Assembly: GCF_000008645.1 (NCBI RefSeq)
Contig: NC_000916.1
Coordinates: 1,200,001 to 1,232,000 of the forward strand
Direction of reading: 5' to 3'
Source: Methanothermobacter thermautotrophicus str. Delta H
GTDB taxonomy: Archaea > Methanobacteriota > Methanobacteria > Methanobacteriales > Methanothermobacteraceae
Length of the DNA: 32,000 bases
The position numbers and the translations under genes were made by a program. The notes beneath the pieces are model-generated. The model saw nothing but the letters and a program-made list of their open reading frames with translations, made no database searches and was not told the DNA's origin. Positions 28,201 through 32,000 of the stretch are shown here, piece by piece (position 1 is the stretch's first letter; the number at the start of each line of letters is the position of its first letter).

Positions 28201-29227
28201 GAAGTGCTATCTGCCAGTACACCTCAGATGAAAGTCCTGATATGCTCTCGTTCCATGCCCTGAGATTTGATGCATAGACCGCAGCAATTGCGGGTAAATC
28301 AAGTTCCGTGAGGATTGCTGTGGAGTTCAGGGGATCACCGCTGTATAAATTGAAGCCCATGCATGTTATGAGACCGCTGATCCTGGGAGTCCTGTTACCA
28401 TCCAGGAAGAAGTTCTCAATAAGGTTCCGCTTTGTAGCTGTGTCAGCTGCAAAGCCAAGGATCACATTGTAACCCTTTCTCTCAAGGCTCTCAAGTATGG
28501 CGGTGTGCATTCTCATGTCGCTTCCACGGTAGTATGTATCGAATGTGATTATGCCCACCCATGGTTTTCCTGCCCTGTAGTGGCCGCTCTGAACATACCA
28601 GGAGTAGTAACGGTCCCATGCTGTGAACTGTTCGCCGGCGTCGGGGTGATATACAAATGATTTCACCGCGGGAATGGCTGTTACATTCTCCTCATTTTTT
28701 AGCTGCATTCCAGCATCCCTCAGAAGGAGGAGCATCATTCTCCGGAAGTTCTCGGGGCCTCCCTGATCCCAGATGTACTTCACTGTTGCGTTGTCCGCAC
28801 CCACACGGGGATCATCCTTGAATGTGTTGCCGGTTCCTATGGCAATTATTTTGCTGGCCCCCGTAACATTAAGGATTGGATTGACCTTCGCCAGGGTGTT
28901 TGGAGAACTTATCATCTGAATGAGAATCACGTCAGCCTTTCTACCCGCCTCCAGTGCCGCCATGTCTATCTGAGGATCGTTCCTTAGAAGTTCATCGTTT
29001 GTGAACATTGAAAGATTGAATCTGTAGCCGTCCCGTCCTGCAAGTTTATAGCCTTCCACTATTGCCTTTGTACTCGAAGTTGACCCTGTGATTATGAGAA
29101 TACTGTAATGGGAAGAATTCTGCTGAATCGCACCCTCTGTGACGTTGCTGCTGTTATCAGCCGCTGAAACACCTCCCGCAAGCATGATTGTCATGAGTAG
29201 AATCACTGGAATAACTGATGTCCTCAA
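25238..29227 (-). CDS. Secreted, C-terminally membrane-anchored CobN/BchH-like (Mg/Co-chelatase large subunit-like) protein
   Basis: 1329 aa; signal peptide [23 protein letters not shown]; CobN motifs [56 protein letters not shown]; Ser/Gly-rich stalk; C-terminal TM [21 protein letters not shown]. Confidence 0.9.
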   Translation of the reverse strand: [1329 protein letters not shown]

Positions 29228-29245
29228 AATTTCACCTCCATTATA

Positions 29246-29336
29246 CTTTATCTCAAATCATCTTTGCTTTAATAAAATATAAAATTTTCTTTAATGAAAA
29301 TAACATTTACTTTAATATAAATCCATAAACTTAAAT
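29246..29336. repeat. Phased direct repeats CTTTAAT (CTTTATC, CTTTAAT x3, CTTAAAT)
   Basis: Copies start at 29246, 29267, 29289, 29310 and 29330 (20-22 bp period) in the CobN-like/DUF169 divergent intergenic region. Confidence 0.6.
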
Positions 29337-29360
29337 ATACTGATTTATCAATATATCTCC

Positions 29361-30071
29361 ATGATCAGTGAAGCTACAGCAAAAATGATGTCCATCCTGG
29401 ATCTCAGTTACTCCCCGGTGGGTGTGAAATTCACAGATGAAGTACCTGAGAATGCGGTTATACTCAGGAAACACAGATACTGTCAGGCCCTCATGAAGGC
29501 ACGGCAGGGTGAAGTGGTTGTGCTTCCCGGCCAGGAGATAACATGCCCCGCAGCTGCACGGGCTCTGGGTTTCAGTGAACTCCCTGAAAAACTGAAAACC
29601 GGGAGGGGCCTTGTGGGCTTCGGGATCGTGGAGAAGGAGGAGACGGGGGCAAGAATGTTTCAGGATATGCCCGAAGTTGAATGGGAAGGGCAGAGCATAC
29701 TCCTTTACCCCCTTGACAGGTACGATGAAGAACCAGACGTTGTGGTTGTGGAGGACCGTCCAGAGAAGCTCATGTGGCTAGCCTTGGCATACCTCAATCT
29801 GAGGGGAGGGGAGAGAATACAGAGCTCAACAGCGGTGCTTCAGGCGGTCTGTGTGGATGCCACAATCATACCCTATCTGACATCAGAGCTCAACATCAGT
29901 CTGGGATGCTATGGATGCAGGGATGCAAGCGACATAGAACCAGAGGATGCACTGGTTGGCTTTCCAGGATCTATCCTCCTGGAAATCGTTGAAAAACTTG
30001 AATATCTGAATGAAAGGGCCATACCCCGTTCAAGGGCAAAAAATGCCCTTAAAAATTTGAGAGGTGATTGA
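29361..30071 (+). CDS. DUF169-family protein
   Basis: 236 aa; YSPVGVKFTDEVPENA, KARQGEVVVLPGQEITCPAAARALGF, GCYGCRDASDIEPEDALVGFPG. Confidence 0.82.
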   Translation: MISEATAKMMSILDLSYSPVGVKFTDEVPENAVILRKHRYCQALMKARQGEVVVLPGQEITCPAAARALGFSELPEKLKTGRGLVGFGIVEKEETGARMFQDMPEVEWEGQSILLYPLDRYDEEPDVVVVEDRPEKLMWLALAYLNLRGGERIQSSTAVLQAVCVDATIIPYLTSELNISLGCYGCRDASDIEPEDALVGFPGSILLEIVEKLEYLNERAIPRSRAKNALKNLRGD

Positions 30072-30072
30072 A

Positions 30073-30384
30073 ATGGCATGGTTTGCTGGATACCCACGTG
30101 AGAAGATAGAATGGTACCCAACCATTGATCCGGAAAAATGCGTTAAATGCGGTATGTGCATGAACTGTGGACAGAAGGTCTACAAGTGGACAAAGGAGGG
30201 TCCGGTAGTCGCACAGCCCTACAAATGCGTTGTGGGATGCACAACATGCGCAACACTCTGTCAGGGAAACGCCATAACGTTCCCGGACAAGGATAAACTC
30301 AGGGAACTCTACAAGAAAGAAGGTATATGGGCAAAGGTTAAAAGGGAACTCATCAAGGAGGGTAAACTGGAACCCGAGGAATGA
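30073..30384 (+). CDS. Small 4Fe-4S ferredoxin-like protein
   Basis: ~103 aa; CVKCGMCMNCGQKVYKW...CVVGCTTCATLCQGNAITFP; RBS GAGGTGAT before ATG 30073 (tracked ORF uses GTG 30064). Confidence 0.88.
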   Translation: MAWFAGYPREKIEWYPTIDPEKCVKCGMCMNCGQKVYKWTKEGPVVAQPYKCVVGCTTCATLCQGNAITFPDKDKLRELYKKEGIWAKVKRELIKEGKLEPEE

Positions 30385-30676
30385 GGGATCAAATGAAACT
30401 CACATACATACCCTCAGCATATATCACCACACCGGTAAGATTTATGAGATCACGGTTGAAGTTCCGGGTGTGAAGAAGAGCGATATCCACCTTGAAATGA
30501 CGGAGCAGGGTTTCTGTCTCAATGCTGAAGGTGAAAAGTTTAAGTACAGCGGTTGCTGGTCACTTGCGCACCGTGTGAAGCCAGAAACTGCGTCTGCAGG
30601 TTTCTCAGATGGTCTGCTAAGGATAACTGTTGAACTTGCAGAGGGCGTTAAGGGTCTTGAGGTGCCCGTGGACTGA
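30381..30676 (+). pseudogene. Hsp20/alpha-crystallin-like small protein gene interrupted by a frameshift
   Basis: Frame 0 from ATG 30381/30393 reads MKLTYIPSAYIT; the domain IYEITVEVPGVKKSDIHLEMTEQGF...LLRITVELAEGVKGLEVPVD is in another frame with no good start codon; one inserted base near 30428 would join them. Confidence 0.65.
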
Positions 30677-30779
30677 CCTCCATACTCTTCTCTTTTTCAG
30701 GAGCATCCATGAAAATTCAGCATCACCATGAACAGAGATATCAGTGGGAACCAGCATATTACTGATTATGACAAAAAAG

Positions 30780-30929
30780 ATGGTCGGGATTCGCTGCCAG
30801 TGCAGTGACCCCGCGGTGAAGAGAAGGGGTTCCGGTATGAGGACCGTGATGTGCCCCATTTGTGGCAGGATATACAGGACAGACAGGGAGGACCAGGTCT
30901 GCTTCAACTGCAGGAAGGGCAGGTCCTGA
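30780..30929 (+). CDS. Small Cys-rich zinc-ribbon-like protein
   Basis: ATG 30780 gives MVGIRCQCSDPAVKRRGSGMRTVMCPICGRIYRTDREDQVCFNCRKGRS with three CxC/CxxC pairs; start uncertain (30744, 30780 or 30837). Confidence 0.55.
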   Translation: MVGIRCQCSDPAVKRRGSGMRTVMCPICGRIYRTDREDQVCFNCRKGRS

Positions 30930-30993
30930 TGGGGACGGCCAATAGAATCAGAACATCAAAAAAATCAGGTCCTGATAGAAAGGACAGATCAGA

Positions 30994-31974
30994 TCAGAAT
31001 ATCATGAGAAGTCCCCGCCCGGTTCCCCAGATTATACTCACCGCTATGATGAGTATAACAAATATGGATACGTAGCTAACAGCAGGCTTCACAATCCTCT
31101 CAGGTAACCTGTACCTCAGGAGCTCCTCAAACATCAGACCGCCGTCCAGGGGCTTCGCAGGAAGTAGGTTCACCGTACCAACCGCAAAGTTGAGGAAGAA
31201 TATCCAGAAGAAGAGTTCCTCAAGATAGGTCAGGGCGAAGGGTAAGGTATCCCCCAACACTGATGCAACGGAGTCCCTCACCCGTAGGTGGTTGCTGGTC
31301 CGGATGCCCATGTAGGCCCTGCTTGAGTTGTTAGGATTCCTCCCGGTCTTCAGGTGAAAGGTCCCCTGATCCGTGGTTATATTGATAACCTCCCCCACAC
31401 TTATCGTTTTGAGTGCAGCGCTGTAGGTTGTCAGGTTACTTGTTGGCATCCCGTTGATGCTCTCAATTACAAGTCCAGGGGTGAGGACCTTGCTCGCCGG
31501 GCTTCCTGGCACAACACTGTCTATCTGAACACCATCTGGCTGGAATGCCGCGGGCATGGCAAAGCTCGAAATACCGAAGAAGAGGGCGAAGCATATACCT
31601 GCAAGTATAAGGTTTGCCACGGATCCGGCAGCATATATCCTCATCTTTGAGATGGGTCTGATTTTTTTGATGTCCTCCTCGTCAGGTTCAACAAATGCGC
31701 CCGGAAGTATTGCGAGGAGAAGGAGGCCTATTGATTTTATACGGACACCCTCCAGCCTTGCAAGGATACCATGGGCAAACTCATGGACCACGATGACCGT
31801 CGCAAGTCCAATTATACCATACCCCAGGGGCACGTAGACCGGTGACCCGGGTATGTCAACACCCGGCACTATGAGTGACGCCTGGGGAGTTACAAATATG
31901 TTCTGGAGGGACATCACAAGCATGTATAGCATGTAGAACATGAAGAAGAATGCCACGGGTATGCCTGCATTCAT
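30994..31974 (-). CDS. M50/site-2 protease-like membrane metalloprotease with PDZ domain
   Basis: 326 aa; VIVVHEFAHGILARLEG HExxH, PDZ-like GSPASKVLTPGLVIESINGM, NLLPAKPLDGG second motif. Confidence 0.92.
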   Translation of the reverse strand: MNAGIPVAFFFMFYMLYMLVMSLQNIFVTPQASLIVPGVDIPGSPVYVPLGYGIIGLATVIVVHEFAHGILARLEGVRIKSIGLLLLAILPGAFVEPDEEDIKKIRPISKMRIYAAGSVANLILAGICFALFFGISSFAMPAAFQPDGVQIDSVVPGSPASKVLTPGLVIESINGMPTSNLTTYSAALKTISVGEVINITTDQGTFHLKTGRNPNNSSRAYMGIRTSNHLRVRDSVASVLGDTLPFALTYLEELFFWIFFLNFAVGTVNLLPAKPLDGGLMFEELLRYRLPERIVKPAVSYVSIFVILIIAVSIIWGTGRGLLMIF

Positions 31975-32000
31975 GATCCATCGCCATAGCTTGGGATGGC

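Overview
Archaeal sequence that looks like a Methanothermobacter-type methanogen chromosome (inferred from protein content; no database search was run). Gene-dense window of mostly recognisable housekeeping and redox/metal genes, with no CRISPR array and no transposon. Left to right: ~0.9 kb non-coding AT-rich stretch; dapF-lysA; NUDIX hydrolase; argD; cyclophilin PPIase; GAF-domain protein; two small hypotheticals; OGG/HhH-GPD DNA glycosylase; hisF; tRNA-Arg(UCG); cytosolic FmdE-type protein divergent from a large secreted, membrane-anchored protein with two FmdE-like motifs; XPD/DinG-like helicase; corrinoid C20-methyltransferase; the msvR regulator divergent from an F420H2 oxidase (fprA/fpaA)-rubrerythrin-rubredoxin fusion operon; hypothetical + FAD/NADH oxidase; ArsC-like phosphatase/reductase, DUF166; a DsrE/DsrF/Fe-S/DsrE-like small-protein cluster; feoA-feoB; a 1329-aa secreted and anchored CobN-like chelatase; DUF169 + ferredoxin; an Hsp20-like gene; a Cys-rich mini-protein; and an M50/S2P protease. 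Main non-obvious observations: (1) three near-identical TTTAGGN-NN-NCCTAAA palindromes around the feoAB promoter; (2) a 9-bp perfect inverted repeat between msvR and fprA; (3) helically phased CTTTAAT direct repeats (20-22 bp period) in the CobN-like/DUF169 divergent promoter; (4) clear frameshifts near the 3' end of feoB and near the 5' end of an Hsp20-like gene; (5) the CobN-like and double-FmdE surface proteins share a KAYEV juxtamembrane motif and topology; (6) a compact DsrE/F-type + Fe-S gene set. The oxidative-stress operon and feoAB are known systems. The surface CobN/FmdE pair and the DsrE-FeS cluster are the best candidates for under-described biology.
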